A DNA stretch of 50,518 nucleotides from a virus. Its lineage: Duplodnaviria > Caudoviricetes. The notes under the pieces were generated by a model. That model was not told the DNA's origin and made no database searches. It was given only the letters and a program-made list of their open reading frames with translations. Numbering within the stretch: position 1 is the stretch's first letter; the number at the start of each line of letters is the position of its first letter. Positions 1-8,499 of the stretch are shown here, piece after piece. The stretch lies in the IMG/VR virus record IMGVR_UViG_3300012683_000004, positions 1 through 50,518 of that record, one strand, 5' to 3'. The position numbers were made by a program, and so were the translations under genes.

Positions 1-123
1 GCCATCTTCCAGTCGCTAGCCACGGACAAGGCAGAGCGTATCTTGCGCGACTGGGTAGCCGGCAGGACTACCATCTGGCATGACTTCTCCGATAAATACG
101 CAGCTTCGTTAACGCTAGTTAGC
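1..123. repeat. Terminal direct repeat (identical to 50396-50518), most likely assembly circularisation overlap
   Basis: First 123 nt match the last 123 nt exactly, and one ORF reads through the join. Confidence 0.95.
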
Positions 124-456
124 GATCATCCTGCGACCGGATGTCCCATCCTAGTTCCTGACAGCTTCCCTGAGTTCTTCTACCTATATCGTGGGTACTG
201 CGAGGCCTCCCGGCTGAAGATGGTAGAGGGGTGGCCCGAGATCGGATGCGTAACTGCAACGTCAAAAACAGTTGACGACGCAGCGCTGAAGTGCTTGAAG
301 CTCACGGAGTTCGTCACCTTCCCCAACAAGGGCTACCGCACGGATCTGGCCGAGACCTACCTGCCTACTCTCCCCGCTTCGCGGTACTACGCCCTAGCTC
401 GCCTTGGGACCTTTGGGCCAGTTGCGGATAAGCACCAGGGCCCAGAACACAGCTAG
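1..456 (+). CDS. PurD/GARS-like ATP-grasp ligase, 3' part
   Basis: In frame with the 49517 ORF; C-terminal GYRTDL resembles PurD YRTDIG. Confidence 0.85.
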   Translation, partial: AIFQSLATDKAERILRDWVAGRTTIWHDFSDKYAASLTLVSDHPATGCPILVPDSFPEFFYLYRGYCEASRLKMVEGWPEIGCVTATSKTVDDAALKCLKLTEFVTFPNKGYRTDLAETYLPTLPASRYYALARLGTFGPVADKHQGPEHS

Positions 457-491
457 ACACAAGATCCCCCAGAAGACACGCTCGCCAGGAG

Positions 492-812
492 TCATGCGAG
501 GTTGATGTTGGCGCCGGGGAAGTGGTCTGCGACCCACTCCTTGTACATCTCCACCTCTCGCTCCATGCCGAGCGCTATCGTCGTTAGATACTCGTCTTTG
601 GTGATAACACCCTTGTGGATAAGCAGCTCCGCTAGTGCCGCGCCATCCACTAACGCAGAGTTGACTCCAACCCGGAGATGCTTCGGCTGCGTCTCTGTGC
701 CATCGTGCTCCATCTTGAGCGCTACTCCAGTCTGCATCGCGTGTGCGGCAGCGTGGTAGCGCCTTAGCGCCTCTGGCTCCGCTAGAAGCTTACTGAAGTC
801 AAGATGCTTCAT
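492..812 (-). CDS. Hypothetical phage protein
   Basis: 106 aa ORF with strong AGGAGG RBS. Confidence 0.8.
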   Translation of the reverse strand: MKHLDFSKLLAEPEALRRYHAAAHAMQTGVALKMEHDGTETQPKHLRVGVNSALVDGAALAELLIHKGVITKDEYLTTIALGMEREVEMYKEWVADHFPGANINLA

Positions 813-820
813 CCTTCCTC

Positions 821-840
821 CTTGTACTAATCCGTACCAG
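821..840. promoter_or_regulatory. Palindromic site CTNGTAC-N6-GTACNAG #1
   Basis: CTTGTACTAATCCGTACCAG, adjacent to an RBS. Confidence 0.75.
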
Positions 841-1018
841 TAAGGAAATCCCGAACTGCTTCCGCGTCCTCATCGCTCATCATAATCGCAGCCACCTGAT
901 GCGACGTCTCGAACCTCGGCCCAGCGGCCCATCTCTGGAGATCATAGGCCTCTAGCAGCCGAGCCATCACGCGCCGCAGAGCTCTTCTATACTCCATCCA
1001 GACCTCCTTACTTTCCAT
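827..1018 (-). CDS. Hypothetical protein
   Basis: 63 aa ORF fitting the minus-strand operon. Confidence 0.6.
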   Translation of the reverse strand: MESKEVWMEYRRALRRVMARLLEAYDLQRWAAGPRFETSHQVAAIMMSDEDAEAVRDFLTGTD

Positions 1019-1097
1019 CGGGTTACCGCCTTTGACTATGACGCTCGCCCGTCTCCGTAGCTCGGCGGAGCCGCGCTGGGGGGGGGCGGGGCTGATC

Positions 1098-1436
1098 CTA
1101 CTTGCCAGGGTTGCTTTGGCTCCACTTTACTATCTCATCAATGGAGTAGAACACAGGTATACCTACGACCTCTGCGAGTTTGCACTCCTCGTCAGCTCCC
1201 TTCGACTCCCCTGGCATCCTATAGACTGCCTGACACTGCTTGAGCCACTCGTTGTCCCACGCGGTCCATTCCTCGTACTCGTGTGGGGAGACGATGTCCC
1301 ACAGGCACGTCACGTGAGGAACGAACGGGGCGAAACCTCTCGACATCAGCAGGTCTCCTATCACTACGGCTCTATAGATGTTATGCATAGTGTTGCCCTT
1401 CGTGATAGGTCCGGCAACGTACACGCGTAGCATCAC
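1098..1436 (-). CDS. Nucleoside 2-deoxyribosyltransferase-like (DUF1937/DUF4406-type) protein
   Basis: VYVAGP...PFVPH...W...D..WL..C.AVYRMPGESKGADEE pattern. Confidence 0.75.
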   Translation of the reverse strand: MMLRVYVAGPITKGNTMHNIYRAVVIGDLLMSRGFAPFVPHVTCLWDIVSPHEYEEWTAWDNEWLKQCQAVYRMPGESKGADEECKLAEVVGIPVFYSIDEIVKWSQSNPGK

Positions 1437-2596
1437 TCCTCCATGTCGAGTGGGTAGTATTGGGGACCCTTCTCCCCCTGTGCGACCTTGATGTGGCCTA
1501 TCGTCTGCAGCATGTTGATGACCTCGTCGAGCTCCTCCTTGCGAATGCTATGCTTGAACATGTCCATTAGCTTTGCGTACTTGATGCCAGGAGTCATGCT
1601 TACTACTTCTTGAACCTGCTGAAGATCGAGAGTCAGAGGGTTCTTCCCTACTGCGCTGAAGGTCTTAGCCATTGCCGGTTCTGCCTGCTCGAGTAGGCTG
1701 AGAGCTGTCTCGATATCCTTCATCGTTAGAACAGTATCATCCTTCCTCGAGGCGGAGATTAGCATGGCCACCTTTAGTAGATGCATCGGCTTCCGCTCGA
1801 AGTAGCCAGATAGCCTAGTGTCAGGCGTTGACTTGACTCCCTTCTGGTGCGTGTCTACGTACCACTTTCTATAGAAGTCCTCTGCTTCTTTATCTAGCGT
1901 GTATCGTCCAGAGATTAGTGAGATAGCATGCAGATCCTTAGCTAGCAGCTCTCCGAGATCGACCTGATCTTTAGATAGCTTCGGGAATGGGTCTCTAATT
2001 CTCGGAGTATCTTGATAGATAAAGACGATCCTCGACGTCAGGCCTATGCCGACGGTGTCAAGTGGTAGGCTCCTTGCAATCCAGTCTGGAGTAGTAGCTC
2101 CTTCAATGTTTAGATACGGTGCTCGAATCTTATTCGTCCCACCCATCTTTGTCTTGTGAGACCACTCATCAGGGCTGTCGTAGATATCCGTCAGGAAGAC
2201 TACCATATCCATGCCTGACGTAGTCAACAGGCTCGCAAACTCAGTTGAGTAGGCTGTCATGCTACTGTGCCCGTCTGCGTGAGCCTGAGTTAGGTCCAAG
2301 ATGAGCCGCTCTCTCGACGTCGAGTCGGTAGAGAAGTTGATGCCAGGAGTCTTAGCCAAGAATCCCCTTCCTACTCGCATGGCAGTAGACTTCTTACACC
2401 GGCCTGGTGGGCCGACTAGAACTACGTACAGATTAGGATACAGAAGAAAGTATCCCATATCGAAAAAGGCTTTTCTTCTTATCGCTCCAGCGATCGTCGA
2501 GAGCGCCGTCCATACGTGATACTCGTCAGGTGATTCCAGCTCAGCTGTATAGGCCATATACGCCTGAATCCAGTCAGGCAGTAGTCTATCTGGCAA
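1433..2596 (-). CDS. DUF3987-type P-loop NTPase (putative replicative helicase) with C-terminal winged helix
   Basis: ESP..Y..W..LSTIAG, YPNLYVVLVGPPGRCKKST Walker A, STEF, GLTSRIVF; lies directly downstream of the polymerase. Confidence 0.8.
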   Translation of the reverse strand: MPDRLLPDWIQAYMAYTAELESPDEYHVWTALSTIAGAIRRKAFFDMGYFLLYPNLYVVLVGPPGRCKKSTAMRVGRGFLAKTPGINFSTDSTSRERLILDLTQAHADGHSSMTAYSTEFASLLTTSGMDMVVFLTDIYDSPDEWSHKTKMGGTNKIRAPYLNIEGATTPDWIARSLPLDTVGIGLTSRIVFIYQDTPRIRDPFPKLSKDQVDLGELLAKDLHAISLISGRYTLDKEAEDFYRKWYVDTHQKGVKSTPDTRLSGYFERKPMHLLKVAMLISASRKDDTVLTMKDIETALSLLEQAEPAMAKTFSAVGKNPLTLDLQQVQEVVSMTPGIKYAKLMDMFKHSIRKEELDEVINMLQTIGHIKVAQGEKGPQYYPLDMEE

Positions 2597-2780
2597 TTTC
2601 CGTCACCGTCCAGCCAAGGAGCTCAAGCTCATGTCTGACCCAGGACAGCTCACGGCCGTGAATTCTCTTATAGAGAATCGGCGCGCACCTTACCACGGCC
2701 TGCGTCATAGGATCTACTACAAATCCTACTACGCAGTTTTCGTTTTCAGCTCGGAAGAGTCTGAACTCGGGACCTTCCAT
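2586..2780 (-). CDS. Hypothetical protein
   Basis: 64 aa ORF overlapping both neighbours. Confidence 0.6.
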   Translation of the reverse strand: MEGPEFRLFRAENENCVVGFVVDPMTQAVVRCAPILYKRIHGRELSWVRHELELLGWTVTEIAR

Positions 2781-5101
2781 TTCCTCAGTCCTTCTGGGTT
2801 CTCGCCCGTTTTCTCGTTGAACTCGCCCCAGTTCTTCCCGACTTTCGCGTCGCTGGGGATTGTAAGAGTTCGTCCATGAATCTGGATAGGAATCTGCATA
2901 GCCTCCTGTACTGCTGGTACGACAGTTCCGACCTCAGATTCCTCGCACTGCCCCAGCACCGCGTCGTGCTCGTTAAGTAATATTTCCGCTCCTGGGACTT
3001 TAGAAGCAGCAAGCATTCCCATCTCACCGAGGATTCCGACAGTACACTGGGGCTGAAAGGCGATCGCTTCATTGAAGAAGTTGACGTTGTCCCACCTGCC
3101 GTAGAACTGCCTCCTCCACCCGAGCGGGGTTTCGAGGATCCTGTACTTGAGCGCTTGCCTGACTTCATTCCACCAGATCTCCTTGATCTCGGGATATAGC
3201 ATGAAATATGCCGTCTGCCCGTTTACGACGTCGCCGTACGCTAGTCTGATCCCGTCGGCAGCCGCAACTTTGATAATGCGATCCGGTCCCTCGCCGTAGT
3301 TCGAGCCGTGGACGATCCTCTTGACAGCGACACGCTTGTCCTCATCATAATAACCAAAGAAGCGAACTGAATTCTCTTTATGTATATCCCTCCCGCTCGC
3401 AAAGAGCTCGATAAGAGATTCGCATCTTGCCAGATATGCCACCACTCGTGCCTCGGCCTGAGAGAGATCGACGTAGAAGAGGACCTTTCCAGCGTCAGCA
3501 ATGAACATTCTGCGTAGCCTCGGCGGAATGTTCTGTAAGTTAGTCCCAGAACCGTATATGTTCGCTCGACTCGCCAGCCGCCCCGTTCGAGTACCTGTAG
3601 GATCGAACAGGCATCGCATTCTCCCGTCCGCGTCAATCTGAGCATCGAGATACCTCTCTATTAGGTCCCTTCTCTTCCGGATCTCCAGTATCGTCATGAG
3701 CACTGGATGATTGTACTTCCCAGCAAGTTCGACTATTGCGTCCTTATTGGCTGTGGGACGTTTAGTCTCGCGATGCAGCTTAACTGGCAACTTCAGCGTG
3801 TCATAGAGCAACTTGTGCATGTCAGGCGCCGACTTTACGTTCAGCGGCTTACCGGCCGACTTGTCGAGAAATGCCTGTAGATTAATGACCTCCTGAGTGT
3901 ATTGCTTCCTCAGCTCGTCTCGCAGTGGTAGGTCGATCTTGACGCCCCTTCTACTCATCTGTCTCAGCAGCGGCAAGATCGCCATCTCGTGCTCAAAGAC
4001 GTGGCGCACCTTGAAGGTGTCGAGCCCCTTCTCATGCGCGCTACGAATCTCTCCTGTGCAACAGGCGTCGTAGCCGTTGTATCTATAGAACATCGCCAGG
4101 TCGCCTGTCTCCTTCCACAGCTTCCCGTCGTCCTTGTAGAAGGGCTGCTTGGTATAGATGCTCACCTGGAAACCAAGGCCCTTCTTCAGCGGCGATGTCC
4201 CGCCCTGCTTCCCTCCTCTGAGCATCTTAACTTCGTCCCCACCTCCGGCCGCCTCCATAAGCAGCGCGTGATGCGAGAACATAATGTCCCACTGGAAGTT
4301 CACGACCTCGTAGCCGTTGTCCTCCAGTACTGTCAAGTCGTACTGTCCGAAGTTCTGCCCGCATTTCTTATTAGGAGAGGCGAGCAGCCTTCTGATAACA
4401 GCTTCTCCTCCAGGAGCGCTAGTAGGCACAACCAGAGCTCTTCCTGGATTATCGCTGAAGCCCACACATACAACTTCGTGTCTGTTTGTACCTGGTATCG
4501 TCTCGATATCGACTGAGAGCCACTCTGCATGGAACATCTCCTCGGCCCACTCTGCGGCTTCGGGCCACACTCGAATCTCGCGCTGTGGCAGAACGATCTC
4601 AGGAAACTTAACTTCCTCTGCCACTCGCTTCATGTCCAGCCGGATTAGAGCCCGGTTCTCATACTGCCTAAACACGCTGGCAGGATGGAACGTGGGCAGG
4701 ACTTTCTGGCCCTTGACTAGTGAGCACTCGAGCACCGACCCGCGATACTTGGTGATGCTGTGCTTATTGGTCAGAAATCTCAGCGGTACGTCACCAAGCG
4801 CCAGGACTAGGTTAGGTCTGATCTCCTCTATATCCTTCTTGAGCTGTACAATCCCGTACAGGAGGGCAGGATGCGGCTTCGGCTTGAGGAAGGTCTCGAA
4901 CTTGTTGGCGGGAGGGCGCTCGTGACAGACGTTCGTTACGAAGACGTCCGAGCGAGGGATGCCTACGGTGATAAGATAGTCATTGAGATCTTCACCCGAC
5001 GCACCAGAGAACGGCACGCCTGAGGCATCTTCCGTTGCCCCTGGGGCTTCGCCTACAACTAGTAGCTTAGCTGTCTTTGGGCCGGACTGTATTAGCCGCA
5101 C
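2729..5101 (-). CDS. polA: Family A DNA polymerase with N-terminal uracil-DNA-glycosylase-like domain and 3'-5' exonuclease
   Basis: UDG: VGEAPG..ED..G.PF.G.SG, TNV..RPP.N, TFHPA. Exo: DIET, QNFGQYD, YNGYD. Pol: TRTGRLAS, NLQNIP, motif A DLSQAEAR, motif B KRIVHGSNYG, motif C HD. Confidence 0.95.
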   Translation of the reverse strand: MRLIQSGPKTAKLLVVGEAPGATEDASGVPFSGASGEDLNDYLITVGIPRSDVFVTNVCHERPPANKFETFLKPKPHPALLYGIVQLKKDIEEIRPNLVLALGDVPLRFLTNKHSITKYRGSVLECSLVKGQKVLPTFHPASVFRQYENRALIRLDMKRVAEEVKFPEIVLPQREIRVWPEAAEWAEEMFHAEWLSVDIETIPGTNRHEVVCVGFSDNPGRALVVPTSAPGGEAVIRRLLASPNKKCGQNFGQYDLTVLEDNGYEVVNFQWDIMFSHHALLMEAAGGGDEVKMLRGGKQGGTSPLKKGLGFQVSIYTKQPFYKDDGKLWKETGDLAMFYRYNGYDACCTGEIRSAHEKGLDTFKVRHVFEHEMAILPLLRQMSRRGVKIDLPLRDELRKQYTQEVINLQAFLDKSAGKPLNVKSAPDMHKLLYDTLKLPVKLHRETKRPTANKDAIVELAGKYNHPVLMTILEIRKRRDLIERYLDAQIDADGRMRCLFDPTGTRTGRLASRANIYGSGTNLQNIPPRLRRMFIADAGKVLFYVDLSQAEARVVAYLARCESLIELFASGRDIHKENSVRFFGYYDEDKRVAVKRIVHGSNYGEGPDRIIKVAAADGIRLAYGDVVNGQTAYFMLYPEIKEIWWNEVRQALKYRILETPLGWRRQFYGRWDNVNFFNEAIAFQPQCTVGILGEMGMLAASKVPGAEILLNEHDAVLGQCEESEVGTVVPAVQEAMQIPIQIHGRTLTIPSDAKVGKNWGEFNEKTGENPEGLRKWKVPSSDSSELKTKTA

Positions 5102-5119
5102 TTAGGACCCCACTGGTCA

Positions 5120-5341
5120 TTAGCGGTCTTTATAGCCGTGAATGAGACTAATACCTGACTTGATGCCTAGTGTTGGGCCCTTTCGCTCAGTTGTTGCGGC
5201 ACAGATGATTAGCACGTCGCAGATCAGCTCAGTGAGCTTCTTCTCGATAACCTCCCCTTGGGCTTTCCATACTACCAGGTTCTCGCGCAAGGGTACTAGC
5301 AGTGCTTGTCTGATCTGTTCGTCACTTATCTCAATACTCAC
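5120..5341 (-). CDS. Hypothetical protein
   Basis: Likely GTG start at 5341, abutting the upstream stop. Confidence 0.5.
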   Translation of the reverse strand: MSIEISDEQIRQALLVPLRENLVVWKAQGEVIEKKLTELICDVLIICAATTERKGPTLGIKSGISLIHGYKDR

Positions 5342-5436
5342 TATGGGCGCCGCCAGCCCCGGATCGCTGCCACGGCGAGCGGGAAGAAGATCGTAAACAG
5401 GATGCCACCGATGAAGCTGAGTAAGCAACGGATCAT
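5341..5436 (-). CDS. Small single-pass membrane protein
   Basis: MIRCLLSFIGGILFTIFFPLAVAAIRGWRRP: hydrophobic helix with a basic tail. Confidence 0.5.
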   Translation of the reverse strand: MIRCLLSFIGGILFTIFFPLAVAAIRGWRRP

Positions 5437-5446
5437 AGCATTCCGA

Positions 5447-5929
5447 TCATGCGGGCCCGTCCGACGCCTGCGCGAGCGCCGCCCGCAGATCAGAAGCAAT
5501 GATGTCCACTTGGCTCCATTCCACCGCACAGTCAGCGCCCCGACCTCCGCCCATGACCGCCGAGGAAAGCACGAAGAGGCGATTCACCATGGCGATCATC
5601 GCGTCCGTGGGAGCGAGCTGCGCCGCCGCCGGCGCCCCCGGAGACACGTAGCGCCGTTGGATCACCCACGCCAGGATGCCCCACCAGCCGAGCGACTCCC
5701 ACGCCGCGACAACGGTCGCCAATTCGCTCGGCGGGATTTCCTCCGCATCCGCCGCGGGCACAAAGAAGTCGTTGAGGCCCACGAGAAGCGCACCCGTCTC
5801 CTCGTCGCGCCACACCCGGCTGCGCGGGCTCGCCAGCATCTGCTCGATGCGCTCCGAGTCCGGCGCGGGCGGTCCGTCGACGTCGCGGCCCGCCGCGGGG
5901 CCCCGGGGGCCCGCACTCATGTCACGCAC
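5447..5929 (-). CDS. Hypothetical protein (GC-rich segment)
   Basis: 160 aa ORF with GAGGG RBS, fits operon. Confidence 0.6.
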   Translation of the reverse strand: MRDMSAGPRGPAAGRDVDGPPAPDSERIEQMLASPRSRVWRDEETGALLVGLNDFFVPAADAEEIPPSELATVVAAWESLGWWGILAWVIQRRYVSPGAPAAAQLAPTDAMIAMVNRLFVLSSAVMGGGRGADCAVEWSQVDIIASDLRAALAQASDGPA

Positions 5930-5932
5930 CCC

Positions 5933-6157
5933 TCACGGCACTTCACTGAAATCGACGTGATAGAACTTCCCGAGCACGAACTGCGCGAGCGCCGCAGGAT
6001 TGTCCACCTGCATTTCGATGCTGCCGCTCGGCGTCGCCTTCTGGAAACGCTGGTCCTCAGGAATCGTCGCGTCATACTGCGTCGTGAACTTTAGGGTCTT
6101 GCCGCCCCAGGTGTGCTCCGTGATACTCGTCAATGACAACTTGGCGCGCACGCTCAT
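5933..6157 (-). CDS. Conserved small phage protein (RAK...ATPSG.I...NP.A..F..G..Y.VDF family)
   Basis: ATG 6157 overlaps the upstream stop (ATGA); recognisable widespread motif. Confidence 0.8.
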   Translation of the reverse strand: MSVRAKLSLTSITEHTWGGKTLKFTTQYDATIPEDQRFQKATPSGSIEMQVDNPAALAQFVLGKFYHVDFSEVP

Positions 6158-6297
6158 GCTGGTCTCCAGGCATCGGGAATGACACTCACATGCCCACACT
6201 TGCCGCAGCGCAACGCGGGCTCGCCGTCCTGCGATTCGCAGGGGTCGAAGTACGCCCAGCGATTGCAGACAGCGCAGAAAAAGTACGTGCGGCTCAT
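6154..6297 (-). CDS. Small zinc-ribbon protein (47 aa, not in ORF track)
   Basis: MSRTYFFCAVC...LRCGKCGH: two CxxC pairs; GGAG RBS; ATGA coupling. Confidence 0.7.
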   Translation of the reverse strand: MSRTYFFCAVCNRWAYFDPCESQDGEPALRCGKCGHVSVIPDAWRPA

Positions 6298-6322
6298 GGT
6301 CGGGTCTCCGCTGGGGGGCCGG

Positions 6323-7570
6323 TCACGCGGACCTCGCTTCGTCGTCTGGTGTCCATGCTTTCACCTTTTTGATGGCAACTGATCGTCTAGCTGGATCAAG
6401 CTCACACCCCCAATACTCCCGCTGAAGTGACGTAGCCGCTGCTGGAACTGAGCCAGATCCAACGAAGAAATCGGCCACAGTCTCGCCAGGTACTGTAAGT
6501 CGCCTGATAAGCTCTTGATAGAGTTCCACTGGACGTTCAACCAGTAGATCTCGCTCATCACCCGGTACGGGGGCGAAGCGTAGTACATTCGGCAATCCCC
6601 TCTGTATCATCTGCGGCTCGCCTTTCAGACAGTGGAGCGCCATGTCGTAGCCACGCGCAAAATACCTGTCTGGTCTTGCTGTATAACAGCGCCCGTCCGA
6701 GCGATCCCAGATGACAGGCATTTCGTCAACGACGAATCCAGCTGCGCGAAAAGCAATCTTAGCCCGTTCGTACCAGGTAGGACCAAGAAACCAAATGAGC
6801 CAGCCGTCGGACTTGAGAACTCTATATAGCTCCGGTGCCATTCCAAGTAGGCGGAGGTAAGACTTCTCGTCGTCCTGGTACGCTGTAACCGCTTGCTCAG
6901 TTCCTGCCTTTCGGCTGTCGTAGTCAATTCCGAACGGAGGGTCAGTAAGGACAAGACGAAACATTCCCTCAGGCAGTCGCTTAATGACTTCGACAGAGTC
7001 ACCGAGGAGTATCTTTTCCTCGATCTCTTTAAACTCAGCAGGATTGTCTTTGACGTCTTTGACTCTCGAGACACTTGCCACCTTAGCGAGAGCCCACGAC
7101 CTGGCTTGGTTAATGCTCTTGGCATCCTTCAGCTCCGGGAAGATGTCCATTAGATGAGACAGCTTGACTGCCTCCTGGACTCTCTCCCGTTCCGTGCTGG
7201 CGACCTGGGCAGTCATGGCAGTCGACCAGTTCGGGTCGATCTTCTTCTTGAGCTTGTCGAGTTCGGCAAGGGCCTTGACCCGCTCCTGCCAGGTCATCTG
7301 CTCGCGCTGGATGTTCTCCTCAAGCTCGATCTCTTTCTTCTGCAGGTCGGTCAGGTTCGATAGTCGCTCGAAGCGAATAGCTTTCCAGCCGAGTAGCTTT
7401 GCGGCCGTCAACCTCCGAAATCCTGCTACTAGCACGTCGAAGTCGTCGAGGATGATAGGCTGTAGCAGCCCGAACTTATCGAGCGATTGCTTCAACCCCT
7501 CCATATCGCCTGTCGCTCCGCGAAACCTTCCTGCTTCCACGGTGACGGCAGCCAGTTCGATCTCAGCCAC
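6323..7570 (-). CDS. ParB N-terminal domain fused to beta-class N6A/N4C DNA methyltransferase
   Basis: GLLQPI...AGFRRL...ELEENIQR (ParB); TDPPF catalytic motif precedes DFFVGSGS SAM-binding motif. Confidence 0.9.
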   Translation of the reverse strand: MAEIELAAVTVEAGRFRGATGDMEGLKQSLDKFGLLQPIILDDFDVLVAGFRRLTAAKLLGWKAIRFERLSNLTDLQKKEIELEENIQREQMTWQERVKALAELDKLKKKIDPNWSTAMTAQVASTERERVQEAVKLSHLMDIFPELKDAKSINQARSWALAKVASVSRVKDVKDNPAEFKEIEEKILLGDSVEVIKRLPEGMFRLVLTDPPFGIDYDSRKAGTEQAVTAYQDDEKSYLRLLGMAPELYRVLKSDGWLIWFLGPTWYERAKIAFRAAGFVVDEMPVIWDRSDGRCYTARPDRYFARGYDMALHCLKGEPQMIQRGLPNVLRFAPVPGDERDLLVERPVELYQELIRRLTVPGETVADFFVGSGSVPAAATSLQREYWGCELDPARRSVAIKKVKAWTPDDEARSA

Positions 7571-7880
7571 GACGGGGATCCTTGCCAGGAGCGAATCGAA
7601 GATCGACCGGAGTGATCTTACCGCTGGCCATCTTGACGACTATCAGTCCGCCAATCTCTGGCTGTCCGGCAGCAGACGGTCCTTCTGGTAGGAACCAGTG
7701 ATCGACTTGCTGCTCCAGCTCATCGACACCCTCGTAGTGGATGAGGTCCGCAACTCGCCCCTTGAACAGGTTGTTCAGAAGCTGATCACGGGTCTCGTAG
7801 GTGTGACTCTGTATTATCCCGAAGCTCCTTGTCATCACACGGACGATGAGTTTCTCCTTCGGCATCACGAGCTCTGTCAC
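7563..7880 (-). CDS. Hypothetical protein
   Basis: 105 aa with AGGAGG RBS. Confidence 0.75.
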   Translation of the reverse strand: MTELVMPKEKLIVRVMTRSFGIIQSHTYETRDQLLNNLFKGRVADLIHYEGVDELEQQVDHWFLPEGPSAAGQPEIGGLIVVKMASGKITPVDLRFAPGKDPRRG

Positions 7881-7888
7881 CTTTCCTC

Positions 7889-7908
7889 CTTGTACAGGTT
7901 TGTACCAG
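7889..7908. promoter_or_regulatory. Palindromic site #2
   Basis: CTTGTACAGGTTTGTACCAG, adjacent to an RBS. Confidence 0.75.
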
Positions 7909-7914
7909 TTTCAA

Positions 7915-7982
7915 TCCCCGTACCGGTAACGATCCGGTCTGCCACGCTAGTAACGGACAGGCTGGTCACCTGACCACGGGGA
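7915..7982 (-). ncRNA. tRNA-like cloverleaf RNA (non-canonical)
   Basis: TCCCCGT/ACGGGGA 7-bp acceptor-like stem, GGTC/GACC arm, CTGTC/GGCAG arm, ACCGG-ATCGTTA-CCGGT T-arm. Confidence 0.55.
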
Positions 7983-7986
7983 GTAT

Positions 7987-8071
7987 TGGCAGGTCCACCC
8001 AGGTCGAACCGCTGACGTGCTCATCCTGCTACGATGCAAGCTCGGGCGATGGCTGGCTGCGCAACCTGCCA
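7987..8071 (-). ncRNA. Putative structured RNA
   Basis: TGGCAGGT/ACCTGCCA closing stem, inner TCGCCCG/TGGGTGG stem, CTTGC/GCAGG hairpin, GGTTCGA motif. Confidence 0.4.
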
Positions 8072-8076
8072 TAGCA

Positions 8077-8490
8077 CTAGGCCCTGAGATATCCTGTCAG
8101 CTGATCCCGCTTCTGCTCCGGCCCAGTATCGGGCTTGTAGATGTTCTCCTCGACGACGACCATCACATCATGGCCCCTCAGCGAATCCGTGTCGAAGGGC
8201 GGCTTGGGCGAGACTGTCGGATCGCGGTACGCGTCCGCTAGGTCGTTCATCTTGCAGGCACGCAGCAGCTGGTCGAACCCCATGCTGCCTTCGCCGGAGA
8301 TGACGAGATGTGCCGTGCGAGTACGCTTCTTCCCGTCGACGTCCAGTTCGAACTTTGGCATGATCTTCTGGTTGCCAGCCTTCGACTTGCCGACTTCGAC
8401 GTCGATGATGTGAGCCTTGTACGTGCCCGGAGGAATCGGCGTGGAGAAGTCCTCCGCTGCCGACGTGTCGGGCTGCAGAACGGGTGACAT
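8077..8490 (-). CDS. DUF669-like single-stranded DNA-binding protein
   Basis: FSTPIPPGTY..I.DVE..SKAGN..; follows an AAA_24 gene. Confidence 0.75.
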   Translation of the reverse strand: MSPVLQPDTSAAEDFSTPIPPGTYKAHIIDVEVGKSKAGNQKIMPKFELDVDGKKRTRTAHLVISGEGSMGFDQLLRACKMNDLADAYRDPTVSPKPPFDTDSLRGHDVMVVVEENIYKPDTGPEQKRDQLTGYLRA

Positions 8491-8499
8491 GTGCGCTCC

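Noticed and set aside
1-123. 123-bp terminal repeat as a biological DTR
   Set aside because: It falls mid-gene and far from the terminase region; most likely an assembler overlap.
821-840. Palindrome as a known LexA box
   Set aside because: Does not match CTGT-N8-ACAG, GAAC-N4-GTTC or GTTC-N7-GTTC; an unknown host regulator is not excluded.
1052-1095. G-run and small hairpin in an 80-nt gap (possible G-quadruplex or terminator)
   Set aside because: Single occurrence, no U-tract, too little evidence.
5306-6094. 262-aa Arg-rich plus-strand ORF and similar antisense ORFs (e.g. 18548-19279, 46340-46924)
   Set aside because: Typical GC-rich shadow ORFs opposite coupled genes.
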